Assembly: GCA_002715985.1 (NCBI GenBank)
Contig: PBAO01000034.1
Span: forward strand, 703-64,702
Reading direction: 5' to 3'
DNA: 64,000 nucleotides
DNA from: Lysobacterales bacterium
Lineage (GTDB): Bacteria > Pseudomonadota > Gammaproteobacteria > Nevskiales > Salinisphaeraceae
In this document: positions 39,597 to 48,883 of the stretch, piece by piece
How the letters are laid out: every line of letters begins with the position of its first letter
Position numbering within the stretch: position 1 is the first letter of the stretch
The notes under the pieces: model-generated
The model's input: the letters and a program-made list of their open reading frames with translations, nothing else
Database searches by the model: none
Told to the model about the DNA's origin: nothing
Translations under genes and position numbers: made by a program

Positions 39597-40215
39597 ACGT
39601 GTCGTCGGCCTGCTGCTTGTGCTGGCGGCCGGGCACGCGGGCGCCGCCGAGCTCGTCTCGTTATCGGTGACGACAACCGATCACGCCGATGCCAAGGCGT
39701 TCGCGGTCCGGGGGAGCCTGGATGTGGATGCCGGCCTGGCCCGAGCCTATGCGGCCGCCACCCGCTTCGAGGCCCTGGCCGCGGCCGCCGAGCTGATCGA
39801 TTCCAGCCGTCTGGTCGAGCCCGATCGGCTGGATTCCCGTCTGTCGATGTGTGTGGCCTTTTATTGCAAGACCGTGCATCAGGTGGTCGATCTGTCGCGC
39901 ACGCCGCCTACCGATCTGGCGATGGCCTTCGTGCCCGGTGCCGGTGATTTCAAGGCAGGGCAGGCCCACTGGCAGTTCGTGCCGGCGGGGCCCGGGCGGA
40001 CGCATATCGCATTCGATGCCACGATCGTCCCGGATTTCTGGGTGCCGCCGCTGATCGGCGATTGGGCCATCCGGCGAGCGCTGTCCGAACAGATTCTGGA
40101 TACCGGGCGTGCGATCGAACAGGTCGCGGCCGGCCTGTCGGATGACACGGTGGCACAGCCGGGTAGGCGCCCCAACGCTCGACAGCGCAATTCCGAATCC
40201 GTATCGCCGCCATGA
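39583..40215 (+). CDS. SRPBCC/START-like exported protein
   Basis: Signal-like N-terminus; DFKAGQAHW and PDFWVPPLIGDWAI. Confidence 0.55.
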   Translation: MPARKRVVGLLLVLAAGHAGAAELVSLSVTTTDHADAKAFAVRGSLDVDAGLARAYAAATRFEALAAAAELIDSSRLVEPDRLDSRLSMCVAFYCKTVHQVVDLSRTPPTDLAMAFVPGAGDFKAGQAHWQFVPAGPGRTHIAFDATIVPDFWVPPLIGDWAIRRALSEQILDTGRAIEQVAAGLSDDTVAQPGRRPNARQRNSESVSPP

Positions 40216-41282
40216 CCCAGACCCTGGCCCAACAGCCGCCCATGGCCATCGCTGATCGCCTGCTGGCCTGGTTCGATCAACACGGCCGGCATGATCTGCC
40301 CTGGCAACATCCGCGCACGGCGTATCGCGTGTGGGTGGCCGAAATCATGCTGCAGCAGACACAGGTGACCACGGTCATCGATTACTTCAATGCCTTCATG
40401 GCCCGTTTTCCGGACGTGGCGACCCTGGCCGCAGCCGATAACGACGAGGTGATGGCGTACTGGGCCGGGCTGGGCTATTACGCCCGGGCGCGCAACCTGC
40501 ATGCCGCGGCCCGGACCGTGGCCCACGAGCACAACGGTGTTTTTCCGCGCTCGGTCGAAGGGCTCATGGCTTTACCGGGTATCGGGCGCTCGACGGCCGG
40601 GGCGATCGTGGCTCAGGCGTTCGGTATCTGGGCACCGATTCTCGACGGCAACGCCAAGCGTGTGATCGCGCGTCTGGCCGGGGTGAGCGCAACCCCCGGG
40701 ACCAGTGCCTATGAAAACAAGCTGTGGCCCCTGGCCGAGCGCTACACGCCGGCCACGCGCGTGACCGACTACACGCAGGCGATCATGGATCTGGGGGCCA
40801 CGTTGTGCACGCGCCGGCGGCCGGCGTGTGGGCGCTGCCCTCTGGCCGACGGCTGTCTGGCGCGCGAGGCCGGCACACAAGACACGATTCCGGCCCCGCG
40901 CAAGAAAAAGACACGGCCTGAGCGCATGATCACCATGCTGGTGGTTGAAGACAGCGCCGGGCGGCTGTTGCTGGAAAAACGCCCGCCGAGCGGCATCTGG
41001 GGCGGGCTGTGGAGCCTGCCGGAACTGCCGAGCGATCGCGATATCGAGGGCTTCTGTCGCGAGCGGCTTGCCTTTGAGGTGCGCTCACAGACGCGCCTGG
41101 CCCCGATCAGCCACGGCTTGACCCACTTCGTGCTGCATATCCATGCCTATCGCGTGCAGGGCCAGAGCATGACTCGTATCATGGACGCCAATCTCGCGTG
41201 GTTCGCGCCCGATGCACGCCCCGGCGTGCCCGCCGCGATCGCGCGTCTTCTGGATACACCGCAATCGGATCTGAATCTATGA
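40212..41282 (+). CDS. mutY: A/G-specific adenine glycosylase
   Basis: WVAEIMLQQTQV, GLGYYARARN, LPGIGRSTA and a Cys4 Fe-S motif. Confidence 0.96.
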   Translation: MTQTLAQQPPMAIADRLLAWFDQHGRHDLPWQHPRTAYRVWVAEIMLQQTQVTTVIDYFNAFMARFPDVATLAAADNDEVMAYWAGLGYYARARNLHAAARTVAHEHNGVFPRSVEGLMALPGIGRSTAGAIVAQAFGIWAPILDGNAKRVIARLAGVSATPGTSAYENKLWPLAERYTPATRVTDYTQAIMDLGATLCTRRRPACGRCPLADGCLAREAGTQDTIPAPRKKKTRPERMITMLVVEDSAGRLLLEKRPPSGIWGGLWSLPELPSDRDIEGFCRERLAFEVRSQTRLAPISHGLTHFVLHIHAYRVQGQSMTRIMDANLAWFAPDARPGVPAAIARLLDTPQSDLNL

Positions 41283-41551
41283 GCCATACCGTGCAATGCG
41301 TGAAGCTCGGCTACGAAGCCGAAGGCCTGCCGCGCCAGCCCCTGCCGGGCGATCTCGGCAAGCGCATTTACGACAACGTCTCGATGATGGCCTGGCAACA
41401 GTGGATGCAGGAGCAGACACGCCTGATCAACGAGTACGGCCTGCATCTGGCCGATCCCAAGGCCCGCGAGTTTCTGGCCGAGCAGACCGAGGAGTATTTC
41501 TTCGGCTCGGGCCAGACCGCAGAGACCCATTTCGTGCCGCCAAAGTCATGA
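41279..41551 (+). CDS. yggX: Oxidative damage protection / Fe-trafficking protein
   Basis: MSHTVQCVKLG..AEGL, AWQQWMQEQTRLINEY; follows mutY. Confidence 0.93.
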   Translation: MSHTVQCVKLGYEAEGLPRQPLPGDLGKRIYDNVSMMAWQQWMQEQTRLINEYGLHLADPKAREFLAEQTEEYFFGSGQTAETHFVPPKS

Positions 41552-41566
41552 TTTTGAAACCGATGG

Positions 41567-41595
41567 TTGACCTGCGGGCCGACTATCGGTTTAAT
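41567..41595 (+). promoter_or_regulatory. Sigma70 promoter of tRNA-Phe
   Basis: TTGACC-17 nt-TTTAAT, 28 nt upstream of the tRNA. Confidence 0.65.
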
Positions 41596-41623
41596 ACGCA
41601 TCTCGCCGCAACGGCGAGGGCGT

Positions 41624-41699
41624 GGCCGGATAGCTCAGTTGGTAGAGCATGCGACTGAAAATCGCAGTGTCGGCAGTTCGATTCTGTCTCCGGCCACCA
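41624..41699 (+). tRNA. tRNA-Phe (GAA)
   Basis: Acceptor stem GGCCGGA/TCCGGCC, D arm GCTC-AGTTGGTA-GAGC, anticodon arm TGCGA-CTGAAAA-TCGCA, T loop TTCGATT and encoded CCA; 76 nt. Confidence 0.97.
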
Positions 41700-41779
41700 T
41701 ATCTTCTCTGTTTTCTGACGCGTTCGTCGTCACTCGAATCAGCCGGTCGGCGCGCCGTGTATCGCATCGGGGCCTGCCC

Positions 41780-42520
41780 ATGATCGCACTGATTCATATC
41801 AAGAAAACCGCGGGCAAGACGCTCAAGCACATCATGCGATGTGCCTACGGCGCAGCGCATTGCGACGTCAAGCGCTGGTCGGATGATGCCCACGTGTTTT
41901 CGGCCGCCGATCTGAATCGCCTCATGCGGATCAACCCGTGGCTGGCTTCCATTGCCGGGCATAGCGTGCGCAGCACCTCGGATATCGATCAGGCGGTGGC
42001 CGATCTGCGCTTCTATACCTTCCTGCGTGATCCGATCAAGCGCACGGTTTCGCAATATCAATATTCCGTGGCCCAGGGCCGTTGCCGCGAAGGGGCGTTC
42101 GATCAATGGATCGCACGCGATACCTATCGCAACGTACAGACCACGACGATTGCCGGCGTGGCCGACGCCCATGCCGCCATTGCGGAAATCGAGTCGCGGA
42201 TTGCCTTCGTGGGCTTGATGGAGCGTTTCGACGAGTCTCTGGCGCTGATGCAGGATGCGCTGCTGGGGGACAACGCGGCGATGCAGGCGGTGCACGATGC
42301 CAATCTCGAGGATCAGAAAGTCTTCGATTACGTGGTGCGCGAGGTCTATCCGCGTCAGCAGAAAGCCGCCACTCGGGTGAGCGTGGGCGCCAACGGCACG
42401 GCCAGCGCCGGCCGCGCGCCGCGCCAGTACAATCGGCGATTCTTCACCAACGGGTTGTATCGCTACGCGGTCTACAAACCTGCAGTGGCGCTCTGGCGCG
42501 GGATCGGCAGCCGGGGCTAG
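41780..42520 (+). CDS. Sulfotransferase family protein
   Basis: PAPS motifs IHIKKTAGKTL and TFLRDPIKRTVSQY; FVGLMERFDESL. Confidence 0.75.
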   Translation: MIALIHIKKTAGKTLKHIMRCAYGAAHCDVKRWSDDAHVFSAADLNRLMRINPWLASIAGHSVRSTSDIDQAVADLRFYTFLRDPIKRTVSQYQYSVAQGRCREGAFDQWIARDTYRNVQTTTIAGVADAHAAIAEIESRIAFVGLMERFDESLALMQDALLGDNAAMQAVHDANLEDQKVFDYVVREVYPRQQKAATRVSVGANGTASAGRAPRQYNRRFFTNGLYRYAVYKPAVALWRGIGSRG

Positions 42521-42779
42521 GGCGTGTCGTCATAAGATAAGGCGGCGCATCGGCGGCCAAGCCGCGGCAAGACAAGGCATTGCGAGCGTCGCGTGGTCGT
42601 TCCACGTGGGCGAGCCCCTAAAAATCAACTATGGCGCAGGATTGTCGAGGCTTGGCCGCCGACCCATCGCCATGTTTTGGGGGTTGCCTGCGCCGGACGC
42701 GCCATGCGGCGTTCCGGGCCTTGCCTGACACGCCCGGCGCGGGCAATGCGACGTCATATCTCATGACGACACGCCCTAG
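42517..42779. mobile_element. MITE-like element, complete copy
   Basis: 23-nt terminal inverted repeats CTAGGGCGTGTCGTCAT(A/G)AGATA with one mismatch; CTAG at both ends; no transposase. Confidence 0.8.
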
Positions 42780-43327
42780 TCTCGGTCCTCGGGCCGATTG
42801 GCCAGCAGGCGCTCGGCCAGCGCTGCCGGGTCATCCACGCCCAGCAGGACATCGAAACGATTGTTGGTGACCACGTGGAGCAGCGGCGAGGCGTGGCTGG
42901 CCAGAACGAACACGAATCGTCCGCGGCCGCGTTGATACCAGCCGACACGAAAGCCGGGCAGTGTGATGCCGTTGCGCCATTTGAGACCCTTGAGCCCGTC
43001 GCTGGAGCGTGCCTGCACCACCGTGGCCGCGACCACGGTATCCAGCGGCACGCGTTCGTGGAACTCGCCGCCCTTGAGATGCATCGTGCCGCCGCGCAGC
43101 GTGATCTCGTTGCGTGTTGCCACGAACAGCAGTGCCGCCATGAGCCCGATCTGAACAGCCAGCATCAGGCCCAGCGCCGTGGCCACGATCAGTACGAACA
43201 GCCAGCCGGCGAGAACCGGCGCGATCAAGAGCGCGATCGCCACCGCCGCGATCGGCAGCACGGTAAACAGGGCCATAGCCGCAGACAGCGCGCGCCACGG
43301 CAGGGTACGCATGGGAAAAACGTGCAT
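42776..43327 (-). CDS. Membrane protein with bacterial PH (bPH_5-like) domain
   Basis: Two TM helices followed by RNGITLPGFRVGWY and LLGVDDPAAL; start codon uncertain. Confidence 0.65.
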   Translation of the reverse strand: MHVFPMRTLPWRALSAAMALFTVLPIAAVAIALLIAPVLAGWLFVLIVATALGLMLAVQIGLMAALLFVATRNEITLRGGTMHLKGGEFHERVPLDTVVAATVVQARSSDGLKGLKWRNGITLPGFRVGWYQRGRGRFVFVLASHASPLLHVVTNNRFDVLLGVDDPAALAERLLANRPEDRD

Positions 43328-43335
43328 TGATTCAG

Positions 43336-44202
43336 CTAATCGAGAAGCGCTTCAAGCTTGTTGGCTTTGTTGCTCTGTTTGCGAATGGCGCCGCGGCTGC
43401 GTTTTTCCGTCGCTGCCTGGCGCGTCACGCGTTCGATTCGTTCATAAAGCCGTATGAAGTCGAACGCGGCCACCACGTCGGCCAGTCCGCGCGATCGCCA
43501 GTCGGCCAGGATATGGTTCAGGCCGTCATCGTCGAGCCAGCGGGCATGGGCCTTGGCCACGCCCAGCCCGACCAGCGCGTCCTGACGTACGTTCTTGACA
43601 TCGATGGCACAGACTTGGCCGGTATCGGCGCGCGTCAAGAGGTTGGCCGCGATCGGATCGGCGTAATCAAAGCCGAATCTCAGCATCAGATCGGTATCGA
43701 AACCGTTGAGGCGTGCTCTCAACGTCTCGCCCAGTCGTGGCGTGATAACAGCTTGATCCAGCAGCCAGGCCAGTCGCTGGTGCGACTCGTCCACGAGGCC
43801 GGCCTCGCCGAGCGCCACGGCTCGGGAGGGGCGAAGCGCAAAACTGGTCAGGCACTCGGCCACGCCTCGGGGTTGATCGGCGGCGTGCGGATCAAAGGCG
43901 TGGCCGGCGACATAGTCGACCCAGATGGCGTTATCGGCCTGATGACGCAGCGTGGGGACATGAATACTCTCGCCAAACGCCGACAGGGCGCCTGCCACAC
44001 GACGTGCCTGTTGGTTCGAGTTGAACACGACCTTCTTGTAGATCGGTTTGCCCTGGTCATAAACCAAGCGCACGTCGTAAGCCCCTCGTGACCAGCGACC
44101 CAGTCGACGCAGGATGGCACGACGCATACGCCGCATGGCGGGATAGACCGGGCGCTCGGTAAGCGCAGGCAGACGCGCTGGCATCGATCGAGTATCCGGC
44201 AT
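43336..44202 (-). CDS. Hypothetical protein, possible kinase-like (APH) fold
   Basis: YKKV, VPTL, WVDYVAG and DYADPIAANLL...CAID resemble a kinase catalytic loop and Mg-binding Asp; start uncertain. Confidence 0.5.
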   Translation of the reverse strand: MPDTRSMPARLPALTERPVYPAMRRMRRAILRRLGRWSRGAYDVRLVYDQGKPIYKKVVFNSNQQARRVAGALSAFGESIHVPTLRHQADNAIWVDYVAGHAFDPHAADQPRGVAECLTSFALRPSRAVALGEAGLVDESHQRLAWLLDQAVITPRLGETLRARLNGFDTDLMLRFGFDYADPIAANLLTRADTGQVCAIDVKNVRQDALVGLGVAKAHARWLDDDGLNHILADWRSRGLADVVAAFDFIRLYERIERVTRQAATEKRSRGAIRKQSNKANKLEALLD

Positions 44203-44437
44203 AACCCGGATGCTATCAGCCGTGATGTCATCCTTTGTTAAGGAAATGTTCAAAAGACCGCCCCGAGACATCGGGTCTGGTCCCGAATCGTGCGCCATGC
44301 GGGCATTCAGAGCTGCCGAGCACGGCATGACAATGGCGATTGTCGTGTCATGTGCAGCAAAGCCGGACAATAAACCATGTCTTTCAAAGAACGGGCGTAA
44401 TTACGCTAGTATCCGGGGGGATCAAACAAAAGGGGGT

Positions 44438-45691
44438 ATGTGTTTGGACGCCAAACTCAAGGTAGAGAACGTCTACAAGATTTTCGGCGCGCAGCCCAAG
44501 CGCGCGATGACACGGATCAGGAAAGGCCAGGGCAAGGACGAGATCTTTGCCGAGACCGGCATGACGGTCGGGGTGAACAACGCCAGCTTCGATATCAACG
44601 AAGGCGAGATCTTCGTGATCATGGGCCTGTCGGGGTCAGGCAAGTCGACCATGGTGCGCATGCTCAATCGCTTGATCGACCCGACCAGTGGCTCGGTGAA
44701 GATCGACGGGCGCGATATTGTGGCCATGAGCCGGCGCGATCTGATCGCACTCAGACGCCGCGAAATCAGCATGGTCTTTCAATCCTTCGCGCTGATGCCG
44801 CACCAGAGCGTGCTGGAGAACACGGCCTTCGGGCTGGCGACAGCCGGGGTGGGGCGTAGCGAACGCGAGGATGCCGCCCGCAAAGCGCTCGATGCCGTGG
44901 GCCTGGGCGCCAATGCCGAAAGCTTTCCCGATGAGTTGTCCGGTGGCATGAAACAACGGGTGGGCCTGGCGCGCGCGCTGGCCGTCAACCCATCGATTTT
45001 GTTGATGGACGAGGCCTTTTCCGCGCTCGATCCGCTCATTCGCACCGAGATGCAGGACGAACTGCTGCGGCTGCAGTCCGAGCAGGCGCGCACCGTGGTC
45101 TTCATCACCCATGATCTGGACGAGGCCATGCGGGTGGGCGATCGCATCGCGATCATGCAGGCCGGCGAGGTCGTTCAGGTGGGCACGCCGGAAGAGATCG
45201 TGCGCCATCCGGCCAACGACTATGTGCGCTCGTTCTTTCGCGATGTGAACGTCTCGCATGTCTTCACGGCCGGCGATATCGCCCGACGTGATCAGGTCAC
45301 CATCGTCGATCGGCCGGGCATGAGCCTGCGAGCCGCACTCTCGCGTCTGGATCAGCACGATCGCGAGAACGCCGTGGTGCATGATCGCCACAAGCGTTAT
45401 CTCGGCACCGTGAGCGCGGATTCTTTGAAGCGTTGTATCCGGGAGATCGGCCCGGAGGCCGAGGGCCGTATCGAAATGGCCTACATGGACCAGGTACCCG
45501 CACTCGCGGCCGATACACCGCTGGACGATCTGTTGGCCCCGGTGGCCTCTGCGCCGTTTCCGGTCGTCATCGTCGACAGCGAAGGCGATTATCACGGCAC
45601 CGTATCGCGCTCGGTGCTGCTCCATGCGTTGAACCGCTCCGAGGAGCAGCCCGGTGAATCCGCGGCACAGACGGAGGCCGAACATGCTTGA
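44438..45691 (+). CDS. proV: Glycine betaine/proline ABC transporter ATPase
   Basis: GLSGSGKS, LSGGMKQR, MDEAFSALDPLIR and C-terminal CBS domains; TTG at 44444 is an alternative start. Confidence 0.93.
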   Translation: MCLDAKLKVENVYKIFGAQPKRAMTRIRKGQGKDEIFAETGMTVGVNNASFDINEGEIFVIMGLSGSGKSTMVRMLNRLIDPTSGSVKIDGRDIVAMSRRDLIALRRREISMVFQSFALMPHQSVLENTAFGLATAGVGRSEREDAARKALDAVGLGANAESFPDELSGGMKQRVGLARALAVNPSILLMDEAFSALDPLIRTEMQDELLRLQSEQARTVVFITHDLDEAMRVGDRIAIMQAGEVVQVGTPEEIVRHPANDYVRSFFRDVNVSHVFTAGDIARRDQVTIVDRPGMSLRAALSRLDQHDRENAVVHDRHKRYLGTVSADSLKRCIREIGPEAEGRIEMAYMDQVPALAADTPLDDLLAPVASAPFPVVIVDSEGDYHGTVSRSVLLHALNRSEEQPGESAAQTEAEHA

Positions 45692-46628
45692 TCAGTCTTA
45701 TTTACCCGGGGCGCGCGCCGGCGAAGGGTTCTGGCAGAGCCTGACCGAGCGCCTGGTCGTGCCGTTGCCGATCGGTGATTGGTTCACCGCGGTGGTCGGC
45801 TACATGCAGGATCACTTCGAGTGGTTCTTCGAGCTCGTCGCGACCGTCATCGGTTTTGTCGCCGACGAGCTGATGGCGCTGTTCAACTGGATTCCCGCGC
45901 CGCTGGTGTTTCTGCTGCTGGCCGCCATCGCTCTCTGGCGCGTGGGCTGGCAGTTCACGATCTTTGTTCTGATCGCACTCTATGCGGTGCTGGGCATGGA
46001 TCTTTGGCCGGCGACGATGGATACGCTCGGCCTCGTGCTGGCGGCCACGGTGGCCGCGCTGGGCATCGGCCTGCCGCTGGGCGTGGCGATGGCCAAGTCC
46101 AACATCATGCAGGCGATCATCCGCCCGATACTGGATTTCATGCAGACGCTGCCGGCGTTCGTGTATCTGATTCCGGCGGTGATCTTTTTCGGCACGGGCC
46201 GCGTGCCCGGCGTGATCGCCACGGTGATCTTTGCCATGCCGCCGGCGGTGCGGCTGATGAACGTCGGGATCCGGCACGTGCCAGCCGAAAACGTCGAAGC
46301 CGGGCGAGCCTTCGGTTGCAATGGCCTGCAACTGCTGTACAAGGTTGAGCTGCCCTTGGCGCTGCCTTCGATCATGGCCGGCATCAATCAGACGATCATG
46401 CTGGCACTGTCGATGGTGGTCATCGCTTCGATGATCGGTGCCGGCGGCCTGGGCGATCCGGTGCTGGCCGGTATCCAGCAGCTGCGTCTGGGCACGGGCT
46501 TCCAGGGCGGCCTGGGCGTGGTGATCCTGGCGATCATCCTCGATCGTCTGACCCAGAGCTTTGGCACGCGACGGCGCGGGCCCGGTCTATGGGCCGGGCT
46601 GGGGCGCCTGTTCGGCCGACGAACTTGA
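45684..46628 (+). CDS. proW: Glycine betaine ABC permease
   Basis: LDFMQTLPAFVYLIP and IMAGINQTIMLALSMVVIASMIGAGGLG. Confidence 0.93.
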   Translation: MLDQSYLPGARAGEGFWQSLTERLVVPLPIGDWFTAVVGYMQDHFEWFFELVATVIGFVADELMALFNWIPAPLVFLLLAAIALWRVGWQFTIFVLIALYAVLGMDLWPATMDTLGLVLAATVAALGIGLPLGVAMAKSNIMQAIIRPILDFMQTLPAFVYLIPAVIFFGTGRVPGVIATVIFAMPPAVRLMNVGIRHVPAENVEAGRAFGCNGLQLLYKVELPLALPSIMAGINQTIMLALSMVVIASMIGAGGLGDPVLAGIQQLRLGTGFQGGLGVVILAIILDRLTQSFGTRRRGPGLWAGLGRLFGRRT

Positions 46629-46679
46629 TTGGGGGGTGGCGGCTTGCCAGTATCAGTAATTCATCATAAAGGGGGAAAC

Positions 46680-47564
46680 ATGAAAACTTTTTCACGTATC
46701 GCGACAACGGCACTGCTGGCGGCGGGCATCGCCTTGGCCAGCGTGTCGGGGGCGGCGGCGCAGTCCGGCAAGACCGTCAAGATCGGCTGGACGGCTTGGT
46801 CGGATGCCGAATTCGTGACCAAGCTGTTCAAGAGCCTGGTCGAGGCGCGCACCGATTACACCGTCAAGCTGCAGATGTCGGCGATCGGCGTGCAGTATCA
46901 GGGCGTGGCCAACGGCGATCTGGATGCCATGCTCATGGCCTGGCTGCCCGACACGCACGCCGACTACTACGACAAGTTCGAGGATGACGTCGAGAATCTG
47001 GGCACGCTGTATAACGACGCACGTCTGGGCTGGGTCGTGCCGAGCTATGTGCCCGAAGATCAGCTGGCCTCGATCAGTGATCTGAAAAAACCGGGCATTG
47101 CCGACAAACTGTCCGGCAAGATCCAGGGGATCGATCCGGGCGCCGGGCTGATGCAGCTGTCGAACAAGACGATGGATGCCTATGACCTCGGCGGCTCGTA
47201 TCGTCTGGTCTCGGCCAGCGGTGCGGCCATGACGGCGGCACTGTCGCGAGCCTATGACAACAAGGACTGGATCGTGGTGACCGGCTGGACACCGCACTGG
47301 ATGTTCGGCAAATGGGATCTGCGTTTTCTCAAGGATCCCAAGGGCACGCTCGGCAAGGCGCAGCATATCGACGCGCTCGGACGCGAGGGGTTCTCTGCGG
47401 ACTATCCGCAACTGGCCGGTGTGTTGTCGAACATGCATATCCCGCTGGCCGATCTGCAGGCCGCGATGTATGCCGCACGCCAGTCCGGCTACGACACGGC
47501 GATCGCCGACTTCGTCGATTCGCACAGCGACCTGGTCGATTCCTGGTTCGCCGACGACAAGTGA
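46680..47564 (+). CDS. proX: Glycine betaine ABC substrate-binding protein
   Basis: Signal peptide; WLPDTH, GIDPGAG and GWTPHWMF. Confidence 0.88.
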   Translation: MKTFSRIATTALLAAGIALASVSGAAAQSGKTVKIGWTAWSDAEFVTKLFKSLVEARTDYTVKLQMSAIGVQYQGVANGDLDAMLMAWLPDTHADYYDKFEDDVENLGTLYNDARLGWVVPSYVPEDQLASISDLKKPGIADKLSGKIQGIDPGAGLMQLSNKTMDAYDLGGSYRLVSASGAAMTAALSRAYDNKDWIVVTGWTPHWMFGKWDLRFLKDPKGTLGKAQHIDALGREGFSADYPQLAGVLSNMHIPLADLQAAMYAARQSGYDTAIADFVDSHSDLVDSWFADDK

Positions 47565-47600
47565 TGCGCTGACAGGCCGCGCATGATACGGCCCGCGCAC

Positions 47601-47634
47601 AAAGCCCGCCAGACGCTGTCTGTCGGGCTTTTTT
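47601..47634 (+). terminator. Rho-independent terminator
   Basis: AAAGCCCGCCAGAC-GCT-GTCTGTCGGGCTTT followed by a T run. Confidence 0.75.
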
Positions 47635-47689
47635 GTGGGCAGGTCAAAGCGCTGTAAGCTAGCCGGCTTGATTTTCGCGGGTTTGCTCA

Positions 47690-48883
47690 ATGACCGGCTC
47701 GACCAATCGCGCGCTGATGTTCGTGGCTATCGCGGCCACCTTCGCCGTGACCATGATGGGCACGACGCTGCCCACGCCGCTTTATCCGATCTATCAGGCG
47801 GAGATGGGGTTTTCCCAGCTGATGATCACGGTGATCTTCGCTGTTTACGCGGTCGGCGTGATCGCGGCCCTGATCGTTACAGGGGCCTGGTCGGATCAGA
47901 TCGGGCGGCGCCCGATGCTCGCGCTGGGTCTTGCTCTGTCGGCGATGAGTGCTGTGTGTTTTCTGCTGGCCGACGGGCTGTGGCCGTTGCTGGCCGGGCG
48001 CCTGCTTTCCGGGTTTTCGGCCGGTATCTTCACGGGAACGGCCACGGTGGCCGTGGTCGAGATGGCGCCGCGTGTCTGGAAGCCGCAGGCGACGTTCATC
48101 GCGACCGCAGCCAATATGGGCGGACTGGGCTTCGGGCCGTTTCTGGCCGGCGTGCTGGCTGAATATCTGGCCTGGCCGCTGCGGCTTTCGTTCGGGGTTG
48201 ATCTGGCGGCGATCGCGCTGGCGTGCATTGCTGTGGTACTGGCCCCGGAAACCGCCGAACGACCGGCGCACCCGCGGCTTTCCATCCGTCGGCCGTCGGT
48301 ACCGCCCGAAGTGATCGGCGTGTTCGTGCCGGCCTCGATCGCCGGCTTTGCCGGCTTCGCGGTGATGGGGCTGTTCACGGCCGTGGCCCCGGCCGTGATG
48401 CACGATATTCTGGGCCACGATAACCATGCACTGACCGGGGCCGTGGTCTTCGGCGTGTTCATTGGCTCGATCAGCGGGCAAGGCCTGCAGGGCCGTCTGC
48501 CCGAGGCTGCGCGTCTTCCGGCCGGCTGCGGCGGACTGATACTGGGCATGGCCGGAGTGATCGCGGCCATCGCCACGGCCTCGTTGTTCTGGCTGGTGGC
48601 TGGCGGGCTGGTGGCCGGTGCCGGCCAGGGGGCTGCCTTTCGCGCCGGCATGGGGGCGATCACCGCGGCCAGCCCGCCCCGGCGCCGGGCCGAGGTGGCC
48701 TCGAGCTTTTTCGTGGTCGCCTACGTGGCGATCTCGATTCCCGTGGTGGGTCTGGGGGCAATGGCGGCCCGCTACGGACTGGTGACGGCCGGTATCAGTT
48801 TCGCGGCGATGGTGGCCGTGCTGGCTCTTGTCTCGGCGCTGATACTGCTGGCGCGTCAACGGCGATATGGCGTGGGTGTCTAG
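47690..48883 (+). CDS. MFS transporter
   Basis: PTPLYPIY and motif A GAWSDQIGRRP; about 12 TM segments. Confidence 0.88.
   Translation: MTGSTNRALMFVAIAATFAVTMMGTTLPTPLYPIYQAEMGFSQLMITVIFAVYAVGVIAALIVTGAWSDQIGRRPMLALGLALSAMSAVCFLLADGLWPLLAGRLLSGFSAGIFTGTATVAVVEMAPRVWKPQATFIATAANMGGLGFGPFLAGVLAEYLAWPLRLSFGVDLAAIALACIAVVLAPETAERPAHPRLSIRRPSVPPEVIGVFVPASIAGFAGFAVMGLFTAVAPAVMHDILGHDNHALTGAVVFGVFIGSISGQGLQGRLPEAARLPAGCGGLILGMAGVIAAIATASLFWLVAGGLVAGAGQGAAFRAGMGAITAASPPRRRAEVASSFFVVAYVAISIPVVGLGAMAARYGLVTAGISFAAMVAVLALVSALILLARQRRYGVGV

Noticed and set aside
41624-44400. Prophage or integrative element at tRNA-Phe
   Set aside because: No integrase and no duplicated tRNA 3' end found by eye.
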